Assembly (NCBI GenBank): GCA_965248535.1
Contig: CBDFJR010000002.1
Location: forward strand, 1,440,001 to 1,504,000
Length of the DNA stretch: 64,000 nt
Reading direction: 5' to 3'
Source: Phormidesmis sp.
GTDB taxonomy: Bacteria > Cyanobacteriota > Cyanobacteriia > Leptolyngbyales > Leptolyngbyaceae
Part shown: positions 19,801-32,706 of the stretch, in pieces
Layout of the letters: the number at the start of each line of letters is the position of its first letter
Numbering within the stretch: the first letter of the stretch is position 1
Notes under the pieces: model-generated
Database searches by the model: none
What the model saw: only the letters and a program-made list of their open reading frames with translations
Told to the model about the DNA's origin: nothing
Position numbers and translations under genes: made by a program

Positions 19801-20646
19801 GTTTTCAATTAACCCGATCGCAGGTGATCGACAACGGTTGATTCTATGAATCAGCAGTCAAACTCCACAACGTTTCCAACTAATCCGATCGCAGGTGATC
19901 GGCAACCTGGAGAAGTGTCACTACTCAAGCCTACTTCCAACTAATCCGATCGCAGGTGATCGGCAACGATTTAAACTAAGGGGACCAAGGCACCAGGTTT
20001 CCAACTAATCCGATCGCAGGTGATCGGCAACGCTTCAAACCTGAAGCTAAACAACGGATACAATAGAGTTTCCAACTAATCCGATCGCAGGTGATCGGCA
20101 ACCCGTTTCAAGCTAGTTTCCAACTAATCCGATCGCAGGTGATCGGCAACAATCCTCCAAGAGTGGATTCGATTTTTGATCAAAGAGTTTCCAACTAATC
20201 CGATCGCAGGTGATCGGCAACGAGTAGAGATTACTTCTGCGGATGCTCAAACACTGTTAGTTTCCAACTAATCCGATCGCAGGTGATCGGCAACCTACTG
20301 GGATTGGCAACTCAACCTGACAAACAAGTCAGTTTCCAACTAATCCGATCGCAGGTGATCGGCAACCGCTCCGACAGCTGCGGAATCCCCTTGGATAAGT
20401 AGTTTCCAACTAATCCGATCGCAGGTGATCGGCAACCCTGACAACATACTTAAAGATCGAACTTATGGGTTTCCAACTAATCCGATCGCAGGTGATCGGC
20501 AACTTTGTTACCCATGCTGGTTACCACTGCATCACTGGTATTGTTTCCAACTAATCCGATCGCAGGTGATCGGCAACTGGTAGTATGGATTTACGATCGA
20601 ACAGAAGAAAAGTTTCCAACTAATCCGATCGCAGGTGATCGGCAAC
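19801..20646 (-). CRISPR. CRISPR array 1: 13 repeats, 12 spacers; 35-nt repeat GTTGCCGATCACCTGCGATCGGATTAGTTGGAAAC (minus strand)
   Basis: Repeated GTTTCCAACTAATCCGATCGCAGGTGATCGGCAAC on +; degenerate terminal copy at 19801 and leader-like region at the other end give minus orientation; spacers mostly 32-39 nt. Confidence 0.97.
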
Positions 20647-20850
20647 CCCGCCCTTTTTAGAGCCTTACCCAGAGCGACTTTCCAGCCTCAAAACTGAGGG
20701 GGTCATTTTCGATGTCAATAAGCAGCCCTCTTATTGCGAAAAGTTACCCATTTTGAAGCGTGAAACCCTTACCCAGAAAGCGATACGCGGGGGTCAACGA
20801 CAGAATGCCGCTTTCAGCGATCACGCGACCCCCCCAGAAATTGGCTTTCT
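20647..20850 (-). promoter_or_regulatory. Leader of CRISPR array 1
   Basis: Non-coding, next to the non-degenerate end of the array; internal repeats (CCTTACCCAG x2, GGGGGTC x2) and a motif shared with leader 2. Confidence 0.7.
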
Positions 20851-20971
20851 CTATGGTAGCTCCCAAAAAGTCCAAACACCCAAACAATCAGCAAAATTAC
20901 TGAGCCGATTCCGGTTCTTCACAAAATAAGCTTGAATCTGTTAATGGTTTTCTTGTAGAACCTTACCTTTC

Positions 20972-23716
<2,745 letters not shown>

Positions 23717-23720
23717 AATC

Positions 23721-24553
23721 ATGTATCACAAAAAACACGGCATCATTGAAACGTTGGCTCCGGTGCATGTGGGTGCTAGCGCGGGCGAAGAAACAGGCAA
23801 CCTGAATCTGATTTTTCGTGACCAATTTACTCAAACGGGAATAATTCCTGGCAGTTCGATTCGGGGGCGATTTCGGGCAGATATGCGCCAAAAAGAAACC
23901 GAAAGTCATCTCAGCGATCTGCCTGAAACCTCCAAGTGGTATGGACATCACGCTCTCGCTCAAAAAGATGGAGGCACCACCGAAGCCCTAGTGAAGTTTG
24001 AATATGCCTCGCTGGTTTGGCTCCCCGTCTTCTGTCCAGGGCAACCGATCGTGTGGGTGACCTGTCCGTGGCTATTGCGACGATACAAGCAAATTGCGGA
24101 GATTGAAGAGAAGCTTCCCGAAGCTTACACCGCTCCCAAGGGTCTACAGGGGCGACAGGTCGAGGGCGTAAATCGCAAAGTGTTGTTCTTTAATCTCGGC
24201 TTTTTAGAAATCGAACATGAAGCAGATTTATCAATGTGGATACCAACAGGAATTAACATCAAAACAGACAATCTAGTGGTCGTGGCAGATAACGATATTG
24301 CAATGCTGCATGATATGGCGCTCTATCGTCAAAGTCGCGTCAAATTAGAGACGACACTATGAAGAAAGTAGATACGGAAAAAGGCGCTTTCTTCAACGTC
24401 GAAGCATTGCCGGAAGGCAGTATTTTAGTGTTCCCGATCGCCCTCAAAAACCCCGATTGGAAGCCTTTTGAATCAGAAACTGCCGAACTCTATTTTGGTG
24501 GCTTGGAATCGATCGGGTTTGGTCGCTGTCGTGTCACCCTCAAAGGAGCATAA
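23721..24553 (+). CDS. cmr4: Cmr4 (Cas7 family); apparent frameshift near 24348
   Basis: PVHVGA, IIPGSSIRGRFR; C-terminal part in ORF 24359-24553 has FNVEALPEGS and the G-loop YFGGLESIGFG. Confidence 0.9.
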
Positions 24554-24558
24554 GCATC

Positions 24559-24966
24559 ATGGCTTGGAAATCTTATGACCTCGATCGGGCAGCCCAAAAG
24601 CTCGTTCTCGATGCTCGTCAACGCGATCCGCAGTCACTCAATCAAGCGCACAAAATGCGAATGTCGGTCGCCTACGGATTAGAACGATTTTGGGGAGAAC
24701 AGCTACGACTTCAGGGAAAAGAACCCGAAAAAGCAAAGTTTTGGGAAGAGACTTGGAATACTCTAATCAACGTGATGAACAACGCTGGCATGAAGCTCCC
24801 AAACGATAAAGTGAATGGAAGCAACACCCAGCAAATTCAAGTCATGTCAAAAAAATTATGGGAACTGACGATCGACGAACAACGGGTGACCCTCGCTGTT
24901 TTAACACAGCTCTGTGATTGCATTGTCTGGTGGACACAACGCTACAAAACAAAAGGAGACGACTAA
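24559..24966 (+). CDS. cmr5: Cmr5 (Cas11 small subunit)
   Basis: 135-aa helical protein between cmr4 and cmr6; YGLERFWG and terminal W..RY pattern. Confidence 0.75.
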   Translation: MAWKSYDLDRAAQKLVLDARQRDPQSLNQAHKMRMSVAYGLERFWGEQLRLQGKEPEKAKFWEETWNTLINVMNNAGMKLPNDKVNGSNTQQIQVMSKKLWELTIDEQRVTLAVLTQLCDCIVWWTQRYKTKGDD

Positions 24967-26663
24967 TGGCCCTCGTCCCAGATGCGTTTAAAAAAGTGCC
25001 GATGATGTTTCAGGCACAGGTCGATGGACGATGCCAAATACAACGTCTCGACCCAGACAAAAAGAAACGTGACGAAGAACAAGACTGCGATCGCTGGGCA
25101 GATGAATGGATTGATAAAGTTGATCGCTTGCCCGATGCTAGATTTGGGGCGCAGACCCGCGATCGCACCTTCACTTGGCGCGTCATTTCTAACAGCGGCG
25201 TTGATGATGGGGTGATCCGTCCGGTGATTGGTGCCCAGGGCAATCCTTACTATCCCGGCAGCAGCATGAAGGGCATTTTTCGTCGGGCCTGCACGACCGA
25301 ACAAGCCGATCGCTACTGTGGAAAACCGCTCCCTAACCGCGATTGGCAACCGGGAATTTTGCGCTTTCACGGGGGCTATCCCGTCAACGACGATTGGACA
25401 GATCATCTGGTGGATATTGTGCATCCGCAGCAGGGCAGACAGGTCAAAGATCAGTCAGAAAAATCGAGTGCGTTTGTCCAAGTGTCGCTCTATAAACCGA
25501 AAATGCGGTTTGAGATTTCTAGCACTGTGACTTTAGAGGAGCATCAGTGGGCAGAAATCTGGGAGATTTGGGAACGTGCGATCGCGACAGGCATCGGCAG
25601 CCGAGTCTGTGCAGGTTACGGTCAGCCCGAAGTTGTCGGCAAGCCACACGGCGACCTTCTCTATCAGACGCGATTGCAGGGGCAAGGACAAGCCGCAATG
25701 CTGATCGATGGAACGGGAGAGTTTCGTCCCAACGTGTTTCGGGCGGCGTTGCGAGGTCACGCCCTACGGATTTTTGGCGGACTGACTGATGCCCGATCGA
25801 CAGAAAAAATCGTCGAGCAACTCTTCGGCGGCATCAGCAACGGTGGCGGAACGGTGGGACTTTTGAGAATGCGATTTCAAACGTCTCAGTTAGAGATTGA
25901 CTCATTTGGGAGACACAACAATCCAACCTATGATGTGCGAGGAGAACTCACCTGGTTATTAACTCAACCAACGCTGGAAGCAACACAAGCAGCAACGCTA
26001 AAAAGACTGATTGCACAACTGACTCAATTTGCAATGGTGTTGGGTGGGTTTGGCAAATCGTGGCGACGATCGGATCATCGATTATTTTTTGAGGATTACA
26101 ACAAAGATAGCTATAAGCCGTTAATCGGCTGTCACTGGCGGTGGTTGGGCGATCGGGCATTTATTCAAGATGTGCAGGTGCGAAAACTCGATAAGCTGGG
26201 CGAGTTTATTGAAAAAGTGCGACAAACGGCGCGGGAGTGGATGCAGCTTCAGCCAGAGTCATATCCCGATGGCTGTGCAGATTGGCGAGAGAGTTGGCAC
26301 CCGCAACGGGCACAGATTTGGGGACGGGAGGCTGACGATCGTGACGACAGTGAAGCGATCGTGTGGTTTCATCGCGATCGCCCAGACAAATCTCTCACGC
26401 AGCCTCCCATTATCAAAAAGTCTTCGCTCACGGGTGAGATGGGCAAAATTGGGCGCATCTGGCACCGAATGTATCCGGTGGTGGGGTTAAATCGCCCGAT
26501 CGAGCCTGGGGGCAAGCCGATTCCTAGACCAACGCCGCGTTTTTTGGAGTTGCTGACGATTTTTCCTGATGATTCTTTAGAGTCGGAGCGGTTTTTAGAG
26601 TTTTTGCACTCGCAGCAGGGAGCTTCGCGAGGATTTCGGTTGTTGTGGGGTGGAGTTGAATGA
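24966..26663 (+). CDS. cmr6: Cmr6-Cmr1-like double RAMP fusion
   Basis: First RAMP PYYPGSSMKG...GIGSRVCAGYG; second RAMP FRPNVFRAALRG...LGGFGKSWRR. Confidence 0.8.
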   Translation: MALVPDAFKKVPMMFQAQVDGRCQIQRLDPDKKKRDEEQDCDRWADEWIDKVDRLPDARFGAQTRDRTFTWRVISNSGVDDGVIRPVIGAQGNPYYPGSSMKGIFRRACTTEQADRYCGKPLPNRDWQPGILRFHGGYPVNDDWTDHLVDIVHPQQGRQVKDQSEKSSAFVQVSLYKPKMRFEISSTVTLEEHQWAEIWEIWERAIATGIGSRVCAGYGQPEVVGKPHGDLLYQTRLQGQGQAAMLIDGTGEFRPNVFRAALRGHALRIFGGLTDARSTEKIVEQLFGGISNGGGTVGLLRMRFQTSQLEIDSFGRHNNPTYDVRGELTWLLTQPTLEATQAATLKRLIAQLTQFAMVLGGFGKSWRRSDHRLFFEDYNKDSYKPLIGCHWRWLGDRAFIQDVQVRKLDKLGEFIEKVRQTAREWMQLQPESYPDGCADWRESWHPQRAQIWGREADDRDDSEAIVWFHRDRPDKSLTQPPIIKKSSLTGEMGKIGRIWHRMYPVVGLNRPIEPGGKPIPRPTPRFLELLTIFPDDSLESERFLEFLHSQQGASRGFRLLWGGVE

Positions 26664-27013
26664 TCCTGTACGATCGCATTAATTTAGATTCACTCACTGC
26701 AATGGAAAGCGCTATCAGACCCGAAACTGAATCGATGATTCAAGTGATCATGCAAGGGCGCGAAGGCGGCGAACGAAACGTAGAGACTCCTGCGGGCGCG
26801 ATCGACCTTTTGACTGACCAAGAAGTGATTGAAATCAAACACGTTCACAACTGGAAAGATGCCACAAAAGTGCTGGTTTATCAAACTTATTTTCCCGATC
26901 GTCAGCCCAGAGTTCATCTATTTGGCGGCTACAGTCGGCAAACGAGAGCCACGATCGAGGAGGCTTTTGGTAAACTAAACATCACTGTGACTTGGGAACG
27001 TGACCCGTTTTAG
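26660..27013 (+). CDS. Small PD-(D/E)XK-like nuclease-fold protein
   Basis: E...TPAGAIDLLTDQEVIEIK motif (D...E-x-K); ATGA overlap with the cmr6 stop. Confidence 0.65.
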   Translation: MILYDRINLDSLTAMESAIRPETESMIQVIMQGREGGERNVETPAGAIDLLTDQEVIEIKHVHNWKDATKVLVYQTYFPDRQPRVHLFGGYSRQTRATIEEAFGKLNITVTWERDPF

Positions 27014-27239
27014 AGGCTTTTGTTTTTTGCAGGGTGAAGAATAGCTGAGTAATGCGCGAATGATGATGATTTGCTGAAACCCTGATTCTGTCGTAGCGAT
27101 CCGCGAACCTTGTAGAGTCAGGATTTTGAGGGCTTGAGCACTATTTATTTTCAATAAGTCTTTGGTTAATGACTTGAAAAATTCGATCCGCGCAAATACT
27201 ATGGGGAAAGCTTACGGAGTAAGGATTCTGTAGGCAGCA
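27014..27239 (+). promoter_or_regulatory. Leader of CRISPR array 2
   Basis: Non-coding, partly AT-rich; GATCCGCG x2; motif shared with leader 1. Confidence 0.7.
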
Positions 27240-29267
27240 GTTGTGCCGATCCTTCACGATCGGATTAGTTGGAAACGCCATGGTTGGGTCGGCAATCTGC
27301 AAGCCAGTTGTGCCGATCCTTCACGATCGGATTAGTTGGAAACAACCCTCTTCATCTGGTTTGCGTGCGATCGCCTCGGTAGTCCCACCCACGGTGAGTT
27401 GTGCCGATCCTTCACGATCGGATTAGTTGGAAACCGAATCAGCCTGCTCGGTACTTTGATGACTGGTTGTGCCGATCCTTCACGATCGGATTAGTTGGAA
27501 ACGTGACTCTTGCAGCATCGGTATAGCAAGATAAATGGTTGTGCCGATCCTTCACGATCGGATTAGTTGGAAACAGAGAGAGTTCTGAAGCGGTCTGATC
27601 ATTCTGAATAGGTTGTGCCGATCCTTCACGATCGGATTAGTTGGAAACGAACGATTAACCGTTGAGGTTGACGCAACGTTGTGCCGATCCTTCACGATCG
27701 GATTAGTTGGATGGTGTGACGTTGTGCCGATCCTTCACGATCGGATTAGTTGGAAACGTCAAATCCTTGATCGAGTTGCCGCCGCCATTGAGTTGTGCCG
27801 ATCCTTCACGATCGGATTAGTTAAGGTTGCCAGGCCGTTGTGCCGATCCTTCACGATCGGATTAGTTGGAAACTTACTCGATTGCAAGTCTCTACGCTTC
27901 TTTTTTAGATAGTTGTGCCGATCCTTCACGATCGGATTAGTTGGAAATCGCTTCAAGATTTGATAGTTGTGCCGATCCTTCACGATCGGATTAGTTGGAA
28001 ACCATTGTCGCGTCTGCGCAAGGAGTTGTGCCGATCCTTCACGATCGGATTAGTTGGAAACCGAACGTTGTGCCGATCCTTCACGATCGGATTAGTTGGC
28101 GATCGGTACGGCTGATCAAAACGTTGTGCCGATCCTTCACGATCGGATTAGTTGGAAAAGCACCACAGAGAATTGGTTGTGCCGATCCTTCACGATCGGA
28201 TTAGTTCTTGGGTCATTGCCGAACAATGGTTGTGCCGATCCTTCACGATCGGATTAGTTGGAAATCGGTATCAACCGCTGGATTGATTGTTGACGTTGTG
28301 CCGATCCTTCACGATCGCACGGAACCTGCGAGTTGTGCCGATCCTTCACGATCGGATTAGTTGGAAAGCGCGAGTTGTGCCGATCCTTCACGATCGGATT
28401 AGTTGGTGGGCGTAGGCATTAGTTTAGCAGATCACTGACGTTGTGCCGATCCTTCACGATCGGATTAGTTGGAAACTCACTGAATTCGATCCTTCACGAT
28501 CGATTAGCGTCAAGAACTGTTGAGGTTGTGCCGATCCTTCACGATCGGATTAGTTGGAAACCCACAGAAAGGTGCCGATCCTTCCCGGAAGTTGGAAAAG
28601 CAGCCGAGTTGTGCCGATCCTTCACGATCGGATTAGTTGGAAACGGATTAGTTGAAATTAGCGGGTGCCGATCAGAATCCTTCACGCGGATTAGTTGGGC
28701 GGACGCGAGCATTGACAAAGGTTGTGCCGATCCTTCACGATCGGATTAGTTGGAAAACTCGCCCGACCCAAGCCCTGAGTTCTGTAATCGATACCGCAGG
28801 GTTGGGTGGGTTGTGCCGATCCTTCACGATCGGATTATAGATCCTTCACGACGCTGACGGCTTTTAATTGTTGTGCCGATCCTTCACGATCGGATTAGTT
28901 GGAAACTTGAGGTTTGGCCTCTACAGAAGAAAAGTTGTGCCGATCCTTCACGATCGGATTAGTTGGAAACCGAAACTTGCAGACCAGTACGTCAATTCTG
29001 ACATCCGAGCGCTCGTTGTGCCGATCCTTCACGATCGGATTAGTTGGAAACGGTGTTGCTCTGAACCTGCGAAGTTTGCGTAAAGTTGTGCCGATCCTTC
29101 TCGATCGGATTAGTTGGAAACTGACGGCTTTTAATCCCGCAGGCGACTGCTTTACTAGTTGTGCCGATCCTTCACGATCGGATTAGTTGGAAACGTCTTG
29201 AGTTGGGTCGCCTGTGCAATGATTTGGTCAGTTGTGCCGATCCTTCACGATCGGATTCATCAAAAAC
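27240..29267 (+). CRISPR. CRISPR array 2: about 31 repeats plus fragments; 37-nt repeat GTTGTGCCGATCCTTCACGATCGGATTAGTTGGAAAC
   Basis: Repeated unit with a degenerate last copy (...CGGATTCATCAAAAAC); central part has truncated repeats and irregular spacers. Confidence 0.97.
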
Positions 29268-29379
29268 CTGACCTCTGCCGTGCGATCGCAGCAGTCAGGC
29301 TAAAGTTAAATGAGCAAAGCGATCGAGTTTTAATAAGCCCGATCGCTTTCAACGTTTGGAAAGTAGATATTTGGTTGAA

Positions 29380-29757
29380 ATGCCCATAGATAGAGATGAT
29401 ATTCAAGCGCAAGCACGGCAGATTCTTGACCTACTCGCCTTCACGCCATTCAGCAACTGTCAATCCCTGAGCCGCCAGTTTGATACGATTCCTAGTCGCC
29501 CAGGACTTTATGCAATTCGGCACAAAGCTGCTGGACTCTTGTACATCGGCAAGACCAAGAATTTGCGTGGACGTTTCACCAATGGACACAAGGCATTCTT
29601 ATGGGCATGGCTCGATAAGTACTATGAAGAGGATGTGCGAATTGCAACGCACACGCTTTCCCACTGGAACAGCCCAACTTTACTATTAGAATTAGAGGCA
29701 ATCCTGCTAAGAGCAACCGAACCGCCCTACAACGTCCAAATCCCAATGGAGACGTAA
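29380..29757 (+). CDS. GIY-YIG nuclease family protein
   Basis: PGLYAI...LLYIGKTKNLRGRF...LEAILL...PPYN motifs. Confidence 0.85.
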   Translation: MPIDRDDIQAQARQILDLLAFTPFSNCQSLSRQFDTIPSRPGLYAIRHKAAGLLYIGKTKNLRGRFTNGHKAFLWAWLDKYYEEDVRIATHTLSHWNSPTLLLELEAILLRATEPPYNVQIPMET

Positions 29758-29761
29758 ATCC

Positions 29762-29968
29762 ATGCAAGACACTGCCCTCGAACAACTTTCAGCCGTCGAT
29801 GCTCAAGCAATTCTAGAGCGTCTACCAGAGCGAATTAGAGCAGCACTAGTCGATCGTGCAACCGACATCGAATATCCACTCGAAGCCATTATCGAAATGG
29901 CGATCGCGAGTTTCTTAGATGAAGAAGCGCTTGGGTTTGCAGACTGTAAACCAGGGCGCGGTCAGTAG
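29762..29968 (+). CDS. Small hypothetical protein, ribbon-helix-helix/antitoxin-like
   Basis: LPERIRAALVDRA...LEAIIEMAIASFLD pattern; 4 nt after the GIY-YIG gene. Confidence 0.6.
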   Translation: MQDTALEQLSAVDAQAILERLPERIRAALVDRATDIEYPLEAIIEMAIASFLDEEALGFADCKPGRGQ

Positions 29969-29987
29969 CAATCTTTAGTTGCACCAG

Positions 29988-30224
29988 ATGACTACAACAT
30001 TTAGCAGACCATTATCCATGCTGCACGAAATTCGCATTGAGAACATTGATCGCTGGAATTTGTTTAAGTTCAGCGAATCACTACAACTTCGGATGGAAGA
30101 CCTTCTCGATAAAAAGAAAGCCAACCAACTCACCCTTGAAGAGATTGTAGAACTCGACGCGATCGGAGAACTCGATCGTGTTCTCACCCATGCCAACGCA
30201 ATGCTCGCCGCTCACCAGATTTGA
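29988..30224 (+). CDS. Small hypothetical protein, antitoxin-like
   Basis: FKFSESLQLRMEDLLDKKKANQLTLEE..ELD pattern. Confidence 0.55.
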   Translation: MTTTFSRPLSMLHEIRIENIDRWNLFKFSESLQLRMEDLLDKKKANQLTLEEIVELDAIGELDRVLTHANAMLAAHQI

Positions 30225-30317
30225 TGAGATACCAGCTTTCAGGAGTCCGATCGCCCATTCTTTCAGCACTTCCCTTATCCTAAAAGATGCGATTTAACGA
30301 CTGAGGACTTTGAATTC

Positions 30318-31871
30318 ATGGCACGTCTAGCACTGCTGAGTGTATCTGACAAAACAGGACTGATTGACCTAGCACAAAGCCTAGTCGGAGAATTTGGGTT
30401 CGACATCATCAGCAGCGGCGGCACCGCAAACGCCCTCAAACAAGCAGGCTTGCCCGTCACCAAAGTCTCTGACTACACCGGAGCGCCCGAAATCTTAGGC
30501 GGCCGAGTCAAAACATTGCATCCAAAAATTCACGGCGGCATCCTAGCGCGGCGCGACCTACCCGACCACCTGGCAGACCTAGAAGCCCAGCAGATTCGCC
30601 CGATCGACCTTGTAGTGGTGAATTTATATCCCTTTGAGCAAACGATCGCCAAACCCGACGTGACCTTAGCAGACGCGATCGAGAACATTGACATCGGCGG
30701 CCCCGCCATGATCAGAGCTTCCGCTAAAAACTTTGCTCATCTGACGGTGCTGTGCAATCCCGCTCAATACAACGCATATCTCCAAGAACTGAGACACAAC
30801 AGAGATGCTTCCTTCTCATTTCGTCAAAACTGCGCGTTGCAGGCATTTCAGCACACGGCTAGCTACGATCGTGCCATCTCAACCTATTTAGAAGCTCAAC
30901 AGCCCTCAGACAGTGACCAGCTTCCGGCTAACCTGACCTTAACAGGGCATCAACTTCAAACCCTGCGCTATGGAGAAAACCCCCATCAGCCCGCCGCCTG
31001 GTATCAAACCGGAGCCACCCCGACGGGTTGGGCATCGGCCACCAAACTTCAGGGCAAAGAACTGAGCTATAACAACCTGGTTGACCTCGAAGCCGCCCGA
31101 CAAATCATCGCCGAATTTGCCCCTTTAGACAATGATCCAGCCGCCACGATCATTAAACATACAAACCCCTGTGGATCAGCGATGGGATCATCGTTATCAG
31201 AGGCCTACGAGAAAGCCTTCAACGCCGACTCAACTTCAGCCTTTGGTGGAATCGTGGCAGTCAATCGCCCGATCGATGCCGCCACCGCCACCGCCATGAC
31301 CAAAACCTTTCTAGAGTGCATCGTTGCTCCAGGAATTGAGGCCGATGCTCAAGAAATTCTGCAAGCCAAATCTAAGCTGCGGGTGCTGCTGTTGCCTGAC
31401 TTGCTCAATGGAGCCAAAGAAATTATTAAACCGATCGCAGGCGGATTTCTCGCTCAAGCTTCTGACGATATGATCGCTGACCCGTCTCAGTGGCAACTGC
31501 CCACCGTCAAAAAACCAACTCCAGCCCAGCTTGCCGAGTTATTATTTGCCTGGAAGATTTGCAAACACGTCAAATCTAACGCGATCGTCGTCACCCAAAA
31601 TCGCACCACGATCGGAGTCGGCGCAGGCCAAATGAATCGAGTTGGATCGGTCAAAATTGCTCTAGAACAAGCCGGGGCGCGATCAGCCGGAGCCGTTCTG
31701 GCCAGTGATGGTTTTTTCCCGTTTGACGACTCAGTGAGAACAGCCGCCGCCGCCGGAATTTCTGCCATTGTGCAACCGGGCGGCAGTCTGAGAGACCAAG
31801 ACTCGATCGATGCCGCCAATGAGCTAGGCATCATCATGGTGTTCACCGGGATACGGCACTTCTTGCATTAA
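30318..31871 (+). CDS. purH: Bifunctional AICAR transformylase / IMP cyclohydrolase
   Basis: ALLSVSDKTG, GRVKTLHP, IDIGGP, LRYGENPHQ, KHVKSNA and SDGFFPF motifs. Confidence 0.97.
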   Translation: MARLALLSVSDKTGLIDLAQSLVGEFGFDIISSGGTANALKQAGLPVTKVSDYTGAPEILGGRVKTLHPKIHGGILARRDLPDHLADLEAQQIRPIDLVVVNLYPFEQTIAKPDVTLADAIENIDIGGPAMIRASAKNFAHLTVLCNPAQYNAYLQELRHNRDASFSFRQNCALQAFQHTASYDRAISTYLEAQQPSDSDQLPANLTLTGHQLQTLRYGENPHQPAAWYQTGATPTGWASATKLQGKELSYNNLVDLEAARQIIAEFAPLDNDPAATIIKHTNPCGSAMGSSLSEAYEKAFNADSTSAFGGIVAVNRPIDAATATAMTKTFLECIVAPGIEADAQEILQAKSKLRVLLLPDLLNGAKEIIKPIAGGFLAQASDDMIADPSQWQLPTVKKPTPAQLAELLFAWKICKHVKSNAIVVTQNRTTIGVGAGQMNRVGSVKIALEQAGARSAGAVLASDGFFPFDDSVRTAAAAGISAIVQPGGSLRDQDSIDAANELGIIMVFTGIRHFLH

Positions 31872-31920
31872 ACCAATTATGCTAAGTTTTACAACATTCC
31901 TCGCACACGGAGACCTCTCA

Positions 31921-32394
31921 ATGCCCTTGGACAAGATTCCAGAGTCGGTTAAAGTTTACAGTCAGTTTGTGCACCCGGTTTTGATGTGGGTGCTGTTGGG
32001 GTTGACGATTTACGCCCTTTATCTGGGTGTGCAAATTCGTCGAACTCGCGCCGCAGAAGGCGATCTTAAGAAAGAGCTAATCAAAGGCAAGTTCAATCTT
32101 AAGCACTATCAGATCGGGTCGTTGGTGTTGGCATTGATGGTGGTAGGCTCGATCGCGGGCATGGTGATCACCTATATCAACAATGGCAAACTGTTTGTCG
32201 GGTCGCATTTGCTGGCCGGGTTGGGCATGACGGCACTGATTGCGCTGTCTGCCTCTCTGTCGCCGTTTATGCAAAAGGGGCAAGACTGGGCCCGCTATAC
32301 CCACATTTTTTTGAATGTGACGATCGTGGGTTTATTTAGCTGGCAAGCCCTAACAGGGGTGCAAATCGTCCAGCGAATTATTAGCAAACTGTAG
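31921..32394 (+). CDS. DUF4079-type membrane protein
   Basis: HPVLMW, HYQIGS, GKLFVGSHLLAGL and RYTH with four TM helices. Confidence 0.75.
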   Translation: MPLDKIPESVKVYSQFVHPVLMWVLLGLTIYALYLGVQIRRTRAAEGDLKKELIKGKFNLKHYQIGSLVLALMVVGSIAGMVITYINNGKLFVGSHLLAGLGMTALIALSASLSPFMQKGQDWARYTHIFLNVTIVGLFSWQALTGVQIVQRIISKL

Positions 32395-32421
32395 CGATCG
32401 GGCTTCCATTTCGCGATGTTT

Positions 32422-32454
32422 AACCCCTGAACAATCAATAGTTCAGGGGTTTTT
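32422..32454 (+). terminator. Intrinsic terminator
   Basis: AACCCCTGAAC...GTTCAGGGGTT followed by a T-run. Confidence 0.7.
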
Positions 32455-32533
32455 ATTTCCTAAGGATCGTGAATTAGATAACTTCGGCAATTGCCAGATT
32501 CACGCAAACTTGATTATCCGGTTTTAGAAAATC

Positions 32534-32682
32534 CGGCGTTGCTGAATGAGAGTATGAATTCGCCTCCCAACCCCCCATTCTGGGGGACTTCCGAACGTTC
32601 AAAATCCCTCACTTGTGGGGGATTTAGGGGGCTTTCAGAAATGCTGATACCCAACGATTCATACTTTAATTCAGCAACGCCG
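32534..32682. mobile_element. MITE-like miniature element with 26-bp terminal inverted repeats
   Basis: CGGCGTTGCTGAATGAGAGTATGAAT ... ATTCATACTTTAATTCAGCAACGCCG (24/26 match), enclosing CCCCC/GGGGG hairpin motifs. Confidence 0.75.
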
Positions 32683-32706
32683 AAAATTAACTCTAGAGCG
32701 ATCGCT

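Noticed and set aside
19562..19841. ORF 19650-19841 or a cas2/csx remnant before array 1
   Set aside because: No recognisable motif; the ORF runs through the palindrome and terminal repeat.
27241..29389. Short ORFs with repeating CRSFTIGLVG / VVPILHDRISWK peptides
   Set aside because: They are translations of CRISPR repeats.
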